From IMG/VR virus record IMGVR_UViG_3300027763_000036, positions 49,522 through 113,521 of that record: a DNA stretch of 64,000 nt. One strand, written 5' to 3'. Origin of the DNA: a virus. The first letter of the stretch is position 1. Every line of letters starts with the position of its first letter. The notes below the pieces were generated by a model that was not told the DNA's origin, searched no databases, and saw nothing but the letters and a program-made list of their open reading frames with translations. The position numbers and the translations under genes were made by a program. Below, piece after piece: positions 38,401 through 43,963 of the stretch.

Positions 38401-39743
38401 TGGAAGTAGATAGTGATGTAAAAAGCTTCTCAAATCCTTGGGCTAGTTTTAATAGAAAAGGAACAATTAAAACAAATTCTACAAAAGAAGCTGTTTTAAA
38501 TTACATTGATTGGCTTACTACAGATAAATTTATAAATGTTAAACCAGAAAGAAGAGCTTTTATTTTAGATATTTTAAAATCTGGTAAATTAAAAGGAAGA
38601 CAACTTCAATATTATGCTGAATTAGGAGAGCCATCTCATGCTACAGCTTTAGATTATTTAATTAATAAATATAACTGGGGGCAACCTACGTCAACATCTA
38701 AAACACCAGTATTTGATTCTCTTCCTGGTAAATCTACTACACCTACTATGACTTATGCTGGTATAGGAAGTAGACAAACACCACAAGAAGCTCTTGATCT
38801 TATGCCTCAAATTGCTAAGTATCTTGATAATTTAGGTTATACATTAAGAAGTGGTGCAGCAGAGGGTGCAGACACAGCTTTTGAAAAAGGTGCAACAAAA
38901 AAAGAAATATTTAAAGGATTTGACAGAACAGGTCAAAGAGAAATAAATGTTGCTAATGAAATACATCCTGATCTTCAGGGTGCTATGAATGCATCTAAAT
39001 CTAAAAAAATAAAATCAAGATTAGCTGAAGGTGCAACACAAGAAGAAGCTGAAAAATCAGGTGAAAGATCTGCATGGGCTGTTCAAAACTTAATGGCAAG
39101 AAATACTAATCAAATATTTGGTGTTAATTTAGATACACCGGTAGATTTTGTATTGTTCTGGGCACAAGAAATTCCTGGTTCAATTAGACCAAAAGGTGGT
39201 ACAGGACAAGCTGTAGAAATGGCTAGAAGAAAAGGTATACCTACTATTAATTTAGCAGATAAAAATTGGAGAGAACAACTTAAAGCTGTACTTTCTAATA
39301 AACCATCTACTCAACCTACTGAAGTTAAACCAGGTGGAGAACAATCTTCTATCAATGATGACATGGCTGAGTACACTAAACTTGTTGAACAAAACAACGG
39401 AGCTCAACCAAAAACATTTACTGTAGGTACAAGAACTTGGACTCTTAATAAATTTGGTAACTATGACTGGTCTGACCCAACAACTGGGCAAATCTACATG
39501 AGAAACATTAACATGGAGACTGGAGTAGCTGTACCTGAACCATTAATGAATGAGCCTGTAGATCCGGCATTAGTAGAAGAAAGCTTAAACTTTATAAATA
39601 GTAATAGAAAATTATTAGCTTTGGATCATAAACTTGCTGATATGGGTATTGATATAAATGATTTCCTTAAGCAAGTAGAGCAAATAAAAACAATGGAAGA
39701 TTATTTCAAAGCTAAAAAAACAATAGATAAGTTATGTCAATAG
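26427..39743 (+). CDS. Giant virion-packaged single-chain (two-barrel) RNA polymerase polyprotein with zincin and C-terminal accessory domains
   Basis: 4438 aa. HEAWH...EEMLAEDF zincin (28986-29000); 'GPRIPND' and 'AGSDFDGDKLF' (DFDGD at 33993-34007) as in crAss-like/phi14:2 vRNAP. C-terminal AlkB-like, DUF4326-like and SLOG-like domains. Confidence 0.88.
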   Translation: MITCSINNIEIVKALYADVSGALKKAQDSKKDFDHKDYMKKLFKDLSEQSSPEVAAKYLQSVPKIIIDAQNNYFEDLFVNLNALSKLNQDFKNSDTGVTAVIKELGDTSNLGEKKDNLQNKKNNSINLNQNPVAPKPVVRLPQRFRTLTPFGGTLQSYIKIDPNLKEQSITPESINQELLYMIRTFDKIKEIQNTTDTLNGVVYDGVKLHFKSITLSAYDKPENQKYLDADTKALIAKSASIINQGTAPKDVVQITELPILLLSDIDGNVLYFDNNGNITTEDSGKPVYQFMRTVRKDGNTFSVTNRYNTEDLLITPEDFADATYDEAIDGPKDKYLVSVKEMMQKEMSDLYDIQQRVISGQEMILPITGISNGIPANLSATKITLSNLLNLPTLNANPIGVIKTIRTIPIAQDGFNTGSAFIQLNGNKFFIERPLITQDLAVEIADVLTNPNISNAAKQEYTDQFLKGYSTNNSSKKFTLIYSKNGKSIYFNMFEKFYQTDPKDIKEKLDLHSSYLKTLDQSQIDKYKETIIKYLTKEGTKANQGRINIIFQNAALESGKYTRLNDAGTGFNRNADYHTFLTTTDSEISLTNADPGFYNYVVNFTTFDTPVGEFINAEKNEKDSKLIDAELNRVIGNALSNEYKAKVKQEDPTQQRPYDSFLVTRYLRDQISTVYNKSQSKTFVQGLIDALKGPLYSYLHLRDAQIKILQDKLNITNFQTVTPAPTAKPPVQEEIVDVIEVLGAESPQDNTVVNRIFNEDTTEDDSIFFDRAGIKKEFINPLKIVQAKIWWNSKKMEPMRKLIEFDRMLNIVNSDSYARFIVAGATLADTGTLGTILVNKEKGTVFQNLTIYHEAWHVFSQLFLTKKQKSDLYNELLNYTDAKGNTPYAKMSLRELEEMLAEDFRNYVKTGKAKQGAQKRNSLFRKIVEFLKQLFGKVLKKFKKQEIVINSLNSPMAARLFNELYIGEFNKYSPSITNQMFTKLDRGPRQIEYPSQDALSPGDGMTVVSSIDNFFAEEVDKLYQQRKAKGEDRKEISLSVIKSPAQKEELYKRARKRFETVLAQEQAKLRAVEGIADFNTLDTLEEIESNAFAIMKNEVYDKEGKLIPEKSGKDKYFFLTSQVTNFDNLSASTKKGERVRGEDYKDTIRIVGDFYKHKTIKKDGRSIDIVLVTRPQDAQTQFDNYLKGNVWDESSKKWIQDAGGAKIFTRIEKKPIVDKAKIDQTQEEIRDNVRVLETTLKNWGDEKSGIVQYHMQNTDFDVAKRRYSVDGELLPEIEELKEDSKGEVKDESEKDLENDGGLGQGNEGTGDVSLQQTMSKETIFVLKTLFKVNSDGTIPTDRFGIKQRADFSKTFAIVAKTIGGIRDRQKAYEKLRLESEKFPELKQLFETKFPNPNKSGATVNTFEFDLARNFFQDFGKPHIDYLQLYGYYDKEVVNDAERYNLNFVVKESDLAIDNLLNKWSNNFATLKGNKYINVSRDNIRSLKLADVVKDFKSKSTSELDLAKQIEFAKVLGIELQNNDNVKSELERSAYYGLPYIFKIVNSINNIEQGSVEKALSKEKSRLVSNFKENPLKVLTDGFSGSLIGDKGTVKQLTQLKRLAELQTTYGYDSSSTAIIRSNQNVGYKEVNWSSGHARAYALNEVENFNQLWEDPRYNYMSHLNPEINTHVRHLKIISSLFPNLEKKSENTSVKFFAQDGFAITDERGDSSGNTTTELDPLSKFIFEFHSFSLAGVAELPRTSEKKFSWGFKVDGGINHPDVNFESAKDPNLYIDIDMFKTVAGEQYARAGFLYGYIQGEFDRIKKFRGPEKEKYLNFTGYNEPVIEDGEKMFSGQTFVAFKGVLSEGTKKRLYALADQQADIEILDYVKNVDKELGKMIKDDITTFFNEKTNEIKELYFNKIPYISRSLLEKFGIDKESLKDEEVFKSYLAKPEIVNALLKAYTYNDFIHKYETSIIMFGDHAQWNHGKEDWSKRIPGLTSDGIGFMFDNQTQNFINDVFNKETYASKLTEKEGNKINYNTFQFSEKMNAAVIKDAERSSIYVDDYEKMWEKDYLKRFSPEVAKEKAAADAKPYREMKESDGIAFVTLDAYRTLKKVGRGWSLGEDALYKKIINGEEISSKDVKEFYSIFKLHYFGTIENDLLPVTGMFKFSVMPIIPGVNAIPGNELDKLHKKMMRQNTQLVLFASGSKGSHITSDGKTDNIYTNKEDKYINTEVDEKGNDVFQFTKNPFYLANFKEVTVMNNSFKEHLPIATQTRAITIDNLFEDGDLKNPDNKPFVDEYTNTIREYSKVLKEDLLNGLGIELIDGRVIGDFTRFVEIIRDEMSQRDTPPHLIKLVNTNLKGQIAMDLSLHPESDSIEKLLVSLIQRGVIKQQTKGEPLVQSPATFTNGIWDTPYLDLTELKEIQKYLGTNTLPFYLANGETRTEEMKVAIALQGDFRNLLNANDLEGNKIETIERLNQLIKNPKWFAKNKKSLTLFGPRIPNDAHNTIEAATVWHFLPESFGNTIITPTEIVAKAGSDFDGDKLFMSMPNIDSEGNFINKGVENFDKVLEETKELEKKKKLPKDRPTSKQIIELQKKYLQNRYLQASVEILMLPENAITLTKPNGTYLVDRYEENVTEFRTGYDKFKNVGGRPSDVNTKGVKIPNTSNHFTAGYNLYVHDANLSLEPSLGILAKLTKSIPMYKAAGAKMPATYNAGITLKVPLDVRFNKNITVNSKGETVISIGAENNVAGENISDTTSHSLQGVLDRAKATFPFELKLVPEAMDVYGYLTRAGVDQEQIVYLLNQPLVSQYLDLQKINESSINNALFGKQKKFMISQNLFIENLKKTLTEDQLKRLVLEINKNKLAAIMKSLPEDLELQVIIPRKEGVYTVAALRNQLNAFVKTGEGINPNSISSILIELPDETKKEIYSYVVPTFDKAGYLLSQGNAYFLIDYIAKNKLANKDEIQTSDLVDIMKKQDSSSLKALMIFAHYVELERQYSRMNDLEKSFTPDTAKVSTTQEAIIRKKKYKTFFSAIQTNVPEYLKQSEEIDQDFLNKLMNESVVSSLIFDDLTIDLLKPLFQTKLDDVIVNYIDDALKENRGEISNAFGVGADGRAEFIRQYGNTLVNFIYQNYLSYSSDATGKLANYPEAINGKEVVVDNTMDVLVKIEEDKILINTRIIEFDFANKSFLENNDTEAAYVNRNYDTFKVGQDPFKNLRSFYRYHIELALLEENNSIDTLADSEYYYFGQMVAKNDGNIERAYIQYISERALSNSYNPYYIMGRTKYSYTNNVLELIDSLENYPALFDRFPILTQISPQRNREGFRIIRLNNRSDVKGALAQDYYNQIRQLGDISIQKLDNPSNNPVITSKDKRISEIFNLFSIMMYYQHGVGKSGTSFNSALDSSQFKDIIMPSTQAFMGNYINPSKTSREEIQSLLNAVYQQTVSRQRFKIMLGTKNEYANADIEAIANELDKKRTEGEIEEFDEDEGSQKIPSEFKKGEKLILDEDVKAFKRYLISSNGVKPSKFTTVQTKFSEFYNGRQQGMPNTAAWMLNSSNLYDMVEISQDSDLLGIVYYENVDLETGYQMIKKGEGPTQPTGVKEVIKNEKGLIIINNAIPLQKTQQIVNDSKKFIEETSFKQTGGSVSWGYGMQWIRSAGLTAKQKEGVVIGKQIGGQEVTQEMVNDLIAGVDPKKIKGLPLYVYTIYDKNGNRLPNIPSDIILTLQEQGIDLSQYDASYNSVYDKNDKGSLIVHQDNTEFNTSPIITVSLGRPMKFITYQLKDSNNYSFGTNSKNKYELTLNTISNKLVSQKLAPELKRQKNFRGDEVIAYGELTPGNLAKYAKMVGMESEALDVLANSIEKIEEHMLTNGAVLVFSNENRNVFHEIIFDEETDKLPMPQGFPDLTINKSYTGMGRPDKMVNTRDYRVVLTLRKVTGATVNNIDIQKLTSTQPTKTLTTQDSENIYSQLGTLTSNIVISNIKTKDGKYDRTANIKEAKVKGRVYTMEVDSDVKSFSNPWASFNRKGTIKTNSTKEAVLNYIDWLTTDKFINVKPERRAFILDILKSGKLKGRQLQYYAELGEPSHATALDYLINKYNWGQPTSTSKTPVFDSLPGKSTTPTMTYAGIGSRQTPQEALDLMPQIAKYLDNLGYTLRSGAAEGADTAFEKGATKKEIFKGFDRTGQREINVANEIHPDLQGAMNASKSKKIKSRLAEGATQEEAEKSGERSAWAVQNLMARNTNQIFGVNLDTPVDFVLFWAQEIPGSIRPKGGTGQAVEMARRKGIPTINLADKNWREQLKAVLSNKPSTQPTEVKPGGEQSSINDDMAEYTKLVEQNNGAQPKTFTVGTRTWTLNKFGNYDWSDPTTGQIYMRNINMETGVAVPEPLMNEPVDPALVEESLNFINSNRKLLALDHKLADMGIDINDFLKQVEQIKTMEDYFKAKKTIDKLCQ
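37168..39329 (+). repeat. Dispersed direct repeat CTACTCAACCTACT (encodes TQPT) at 37168-37181, 38233-38246, 39307-39320; degenerate CAACCTAC at 38682-38689
   Basis: Read directly. Copies 1 and 3 share 22/23 nt (CTACTCAACCTACTG[G/A]AGTTAAA); copies 2 and 3 share 17 nt exactly (CATCTACTCAACCTACT). Confidence 0.85.
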
Positions 39744-42700
39744 GTAGTTGTCCAAATGTAAATAGTCAAGAATGGAAAGATATACTTGAACTAAATAATG
39801 GTAATGTTGAAAGAGCCAGAGAAGAATGGGATCTTCTTTATGGTTTTGATCAATCATTAAATAGTGATCCAGATTTATCTGATATTCCTGTAGAAGTTTT
39901 TGAAGATGAAACTGTAGATGAATTCATAGAAGAGCCAACTTTTGATAGAGCTCTTAAAAAAGTAAAAATCTTTTTAAAGACAAAACAATATGAACTAAAT
40001 AGAAAAAAAGTTCAGAATCAAAAAGCAAAACAAGCGGCATTAGCAAGAATCATTAAGAACTTAAATGAACTTGAAGGAGTAGAAGCTATTAATGCTTTTA
40101 TTGAACATGCTTATACAGAAGGCATGGAGACAAGAAAGCTATTAAATGAAGCTCTAAAAAGAAGTAGAGAAGGAACAATTGATAGTAAAGAACTTTTGGA
40201 TATCTTGTCTGCTGCTAATCAGTTTGCTAATGGTTATAGTATATTAGATGAAATAAGCAAAGAAGATATTGACAGATACTTTTCTAAACCTGTTGCATCA
40301 AATAAACCTGAGTCAGAATTAACACCTCAAGATAAATTAACAAGAGCTATTGCTAATAGAAATAATATTAGAACAGTATTTGATGAAAAAGTAATAGATG
40401 TAATTGCTGAGACTCTAGTTGATTATAGATCTACAAGAGGTACATTAACTATTCAAGAAAATATAAAAGCTTTTGAAGAAAGAATAGAAAATGCTAGAAA
40501 TGATACATCTTTAACTGATAAAGCAAGAGCAAGAGTATTAGAAAATAATGAGAAGCAACTAGCAAAGTGGAAAGCACTTATGTTAGATAAAGAATCATTA
40601 GGTAATTTGTTAAGAGAAACATCTAAGAATGAAAATATATTTGATGCTTATCTTAATCCATTAATAAGTTCAGGAGATGCTCCTTTATCTTTATTTGCTA
40701 AGATGATTAAAACTCAGTTTGAAAGCACAAAAGTTGAAGATATCCAAGAAAGAAATCAAGGTGTAGACCAGCTTAAAGAATTTGCTAGTAAAACAGGTAG
40801 GGGTTTTAGTAATGTTGCAAAATTAAATGAAGGCTTATATGAGTTTTTGGAGATTGCAAGAAGAGATGTTAGAGGTAAAGTAATTAGAGATCCAAAAACA
40901 GGTGAGGTAGTTATTGATAAGGTAGTTTCTTTTGTTCAAAAATATGACATGAACAAATATCAACAAGCTGAACGAGAGTTTTATAAAAATAATCCTAAAC
41001 CAAAACTTAAAGAAGATGCATCTGATATAGAAAAAAAGCAATATAATGATGCATTGGATGATTGGTATAAAACAAGAAACAGATGGTATAAAGCTAATAC
41101 ACAGCCCAAGTCTCAAGAAGAGATAAACAAAATAAAAAATGAGAAAGAAAAAGATTATATTCAAGGTATTATAACAAATGAAGAATACCAAGAGTGGTTA
41201 AAACGCGTAGAGCGTGATACAAAAAGGGGTAAAGAATTTTATGGGGAGCTTGCAGAACCTAATAATAGTTACTTAAATAATAACTGGTTAAATTTATATG
41301 ATAAAGACGGCAAGCCAAAAAATGCAGAAGGTTTGTATCACAAATATCTTGTAGATAAATATCTTGCTGCTCAAGAATTATTACCGGATGGTCAGAGAAG
41401 AGGATACATATTACCATCTATAGAGATGGATGAAGCAGAAAGACTACAAAGATTTGGTGTAAAAGCTACTGTTAAAAGTAGAGTCTCTGAAACATTTAGA
41501 AGAAAGAAATATGATCAAGAATTATTTGGAGAGGAAGCTGGTCAAACAGAAGAGATAGATAGAAATGTTTATGGTGTAGGTAGTTCTTCAGGGGAGAAGT
41601 TTGATATTATCCCAACTTACTTTACACAATTCATGGATGCTGATGATGTTACTGTAGATTTATTATCTTCAGTTTTAAGGTTTGATGCAATGGCTAGAAG
41701 ATACAATGCATTAAATGAAGTTCAGTCAGAGATATATGCTTTCCAAAAAGTAATTGGTAATAGAAAGATTGCTGCCAAAGACAGTAAGGGTAGACCTGTA
41801 ATGGATGCTTTTGCAAAGAAGATGGGTTATGAGGAATACATAAAAGAAAATGGAATGGATTATTCATCTTTTCATGTTAATGAGTTTATTAATATGGTTA
41901 TTAAAGGTGAATCACAAAAATCACAGCAATTTATGAATGTAGAGTTATCTAAAATAACTAATACATTAATTTCTGTATCTGCAATTACTACTCTTTCAAT
42001 GGACTTACTCAAGGGTGTTGCTAATAATTTACAAGGTAATATTCAGCTTGTTATTGAATCAGCTGGTTCTGAGTTTTTTAGTTTAAAGAATTATGGAAAA
42101 GCCAAAGCAGTTTATTTATCTAAAGTTGGTGGATGCATATCAGACTTTGGTAAGCCATATGCAGAAAGTTGGTTAGGTGGTTTAATTGATTACTATGATG
42201 CTATACAGGGTCAGTTTAAAGATGAATACGGTAGAGATGTTTCTGCTACTGTAGCTCAAAAACTTTTCAGAACTAATACTCTTTTCTGGAATCAGCACTT
42301 TGGAGAACATGAGGTACAAGTTACAGCCATGTTAGCATTAATGGATGCTACAAAAGTTATTGATAAAGAAACTGGAAAAGAAATTTCCCTACTTCAGGCG
42401 CATGAAAAATATGGAACATTCTTATTTGATGTTGTTACAGATGAGAATGGTAATAAAACTAAAAACTATAAAGTTCAAATTAGAGCTAACAAGACATTAG
42501 AAAACCCAGAAGGTGATCTTATAGATTTTGATGAGAAGCAAAGAATAGAACACACAAATATACTACATGCATTAAATAAAAGAATGCATGGTGTATACAA
42601 TGACTTTGATAAATCAGTACTTCAGAAATACTCTGCTGGTAGATTAGTAATGATGTATAGAAAGTTTATGGTTCCTGCTGTAAAAAGAAGATACAAGAAT

Positions 42701-43285
42701 CTTGGTTTTGATGATGAGCTTGGTACAGCAACTGAAGGTATATATCAGACATTCTATAGAACATTAATGAAAGATGTTAGAACATATAAGTTCAATGTTA
42801 CTAAACAGTGGGCTACTTATACTCCTTTTGAGAAAGCACAAATAAGAAAAGTTGTTGCTGAGTTAACTATAATTGCAGGCTTTATGGCCTTAATACTTGC
42901 TTTATCAGCATTAGGTGGTGGAGATGGAGATGATGAAGAAAATGCAATTAAGAAAAGTTGGATGTATAACTTTATGCTATATGAGGCAATAAGGATGAGA
43001 TCAGAAACTATTCAGTTCTTACCTGGAGTTGGTCTTAGAGATTGGTATAGAACTGTAAAGTCTCCATCAGCAATGACAGGAACATTAGATAGATTCATTA
43101 GATTCTCTAATCAGTTTTTCTTTACTTGGGATCCAGAGAAATTAAATTATGAAAGAGATCAAGGAGTTTGGAAGAAAGGAGACAATAAGTCTTGGGCTTA
43201 TTTCTTAAAGCTTATGGGTTATTCAGGATACACTCTTACCCCAGGAGAAGCAGTGAAAGCCTTTGAAGGTACATACAATAGATAG
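39734..43285 (+). CDS. Large virion ejection protein with C-terminal transmembrane helix (crAss-like)
   Basis: 1183 aa. N-terminal 'CPN...EW'; 'MHGVYN', 'MMYRKFM', TM-like 'VVAELTIIAGFMALILALSALGG' and 'RMRSE' as in the last crAss-like cargo gene. Confidence 0.65.
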   Translation: MSIGSCPNVNSQEWKDILELNNGNVERAREEWDLLYGFDQSLNSDPDLSDIPVEVFEDETVDEFIEEPTFDRALKKVKIFLKTKQYELNRKKVQNQKAKQAALARIIKNLNELEGVEAINAFIEHAYTEGMETRKLLNEALKRSREGTIDSKELLDILSAANQFANGYSILDEISKEDIDRYFSKPVASNKPESELTPQDKLTRAIANRNNIRTVFDEKVIDVIAETLVDYRSTRGTLTIQENIKAFEERIENARNDTSLTDKARARVLENNEKQLAKWKALMLDKESLGNLLRETSKNENIFDAYLNPLISSGDAPLSLFAKMIKTQFESTKVEDIQERNQGVDQLKEFASKTGRGFSNVAKLNEGLYEFLEIARRDVRGKVIRDPKTGEVVIDKVVSFVQKYDMNKYQQAEREFYKNNPKPKLKEDASDIEKKQYNDALDDWYKTRNRWYKANTQPKSQEEINKIKNEKEKDYIQGIITNEEYQEWLKRVERDTKRGKEFYGELAEPNNSYLNNNWLNLYDKDGKPKNAEGLYHKYLVDKYLAAQELLPDGQRRGYILPSIEMDEAERLQRFGVKATVKSRVSETFRRKKYDQELFGEEAGQTEEIDRNVYGVGSSSGEKFDIIPTYFTQFMDADDVTVDLLSSVLRFDAMARRYNALNEVQSEIYAFQKVIGNRKIAAKDSKGRPVMDAFAKKMGYEEYIKENGMDYSSFHVNEFINMVIKGESQKSQQFMNVELSKITNTLISVSAITTLSMDLLKGVANNLQGNIQLVIESAGSEFFSLKNYGKAKAVYLSKVGGCISDFGKPYAESWLGGLIDYYDAIQGQFKDEYGRDVSATVAQKLFRTNTLFWNQHFGEHEVQVTAMLALMDATKVIDKETGKEISLLQAHEKYGTFLFDVVTDENGNKTKNYKVQIRANKTLENPEGDLIDFDEKQRIEHTNILHALNKRMHGVYNDFDKSVLQKYSAGRLVMMYRKFMVPAVKRRYKNLGFDDELGTATEGIYQTFYRTLMKDVRTYKFNVTKQWATYTPFEKAQIRKVVAELTIIAGFMALILALSALGGGDGDDEENAIKKSWMYNFMLYEAIRMRSETIQFLPGVGLRDWYRTVKSPSAMTGTLDRFIRFSNQFFFTWDPEKLNYERDQGVWKKGDNKSWAYFLKLMGYSGYTLTPGEAVKAFEGTYNR

Positions 43286-43297
43286 TGAAGAAACCAT

Positions 43298-43329
43298 AAA
43301 AAAAAGGGGGATTATCTTTTCCCCCTTTT
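43298..43329. terminator. Bidirectional intrinsic terminator between the convergent virion and replication modules
   Basis: AAAAGGGGGA-ttatcttt-TCCCCCTTTT hairpin with A/T runs on both sides. Confidence 0.8.
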
Positions 43330-43503
43330 AACTTTTTTAAGTTTACTTACATCAATTCCTACAAGATCACTTGTGTCAAGTTTAAACTTACCAAGTGTAC
43401 CTTCTTTATCTTTGCTTACAAGAACATAGCTATTGTTTTCTGAAACATAGTTGATATACAGTTCCTGACCGTTAAATTCAATTTTCATTTTGTTTTTTTT
43501 CAT
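43312..43503 (-). CDS. Hypothetical protein (63 aa)
   Basis: Overlaps the end of the upstream MazG-like gene; its stop lies within the terminator. Confidence 0.55.
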   Translation of the reverse strand: MKKNKMKIEFNGQELYINYVSENNSYVLVSKDKEGTLGKFKLDTSDLVGIDVSKLKKVKRGKR

Positions 43504-43888
43504 ATGATTGGTTTATAAATTTACTAAGATTTGGTTTAAAATACTCGGGTCCTTTTAATATTTTTCCATCTTCTCTAAGAATAGGTTGTCCGTCTGGACC
43601 CAACTTACTCATGTTACTAGCTTGTATCTCATTGAAGACATCTATTATTATATCTTGCATACCATGTTTTAGAATAGTACCGCAGAGAATATATAACTGA
43701 TCTCCAAGAGCATCACCTATTTCTACAAGAGAGTTTTTCTCACAAGCTTCTAGGTATTCATCATTTTCTTCTTTCATTAGAGCATGTCTTAACACATACT
43801 CGCTCTGCTCAAGTGGTTGTGGCCACTTACCATCTTTTTGTTTGAATGCTTTGTGGAACTCAGCCACAGCTTTTAATTGTTCTTTCAT
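43478..43888 (-). CDS. MazG-like / PRA-PH family all-alpha NTP pyrophosphohydrolase
   Basis: EENDEYLEA...EIGDALGD, 'SNMSK', 'DGKILKGP' motifs. Confidence 0.85.
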   Translation of the reverse strand: MKEQLKAVAEFHKAFKQKDGKWPQPLEQSEYVLRHALMKEENDEYLEACEKNSLVEIGDALGDQLYILCGTILKHGMQDIIIDVFNEIQASNMSKLGPDGQPILREDGKILKGPEYFKPNLSKFINQSYEKKQNEN

Positions 43889-43899
43889 GTTGTAAAATT

Positions 43900-43931
43900 A
43901 AAAAAAAAGGGGACAACTTGCGTCATCCCCT
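43900..43931 (-). terminator. Intrinsic terminator (GCAA tetraloop)
   Basis: Minus strand GGGGATGAC-GCAA-GTTGTCCCC followed by a T run. Confidence 0.75.
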
Positions 43932-43963
43932 CTCTTATACTTCAAAATTGGGAATTGAAGGTC

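Noticed and set aside
37168-39320. CRISPR array or DGR template/variable repeat interpretation of the repeats
   Set aside because: Repeats are 14-23 nt, in-frame and 0.4-1 kb apart, with no adenine-specific divergence and no reverse transcriptase or cas gene in the window.
39711-39743. Programmed -1 frameshift at the A7 run fusing the vRNAP to the next ORF
   Set aside because: The -1 frame has a TAA just before GTT-ATG(39734), so a shift at the A run would terminate. No slippery heptamer is seen at the 26427 junction either.
2050-41191. Short alternative-frame and antisense ORFs nested in the large + strand genes (e.g. 10834-11379, 33812-34354, 40835-41191)
   Set aside because: Fully overlapped by long genuine genes; F/S/L/I-rich composition typical of antisense shadows.
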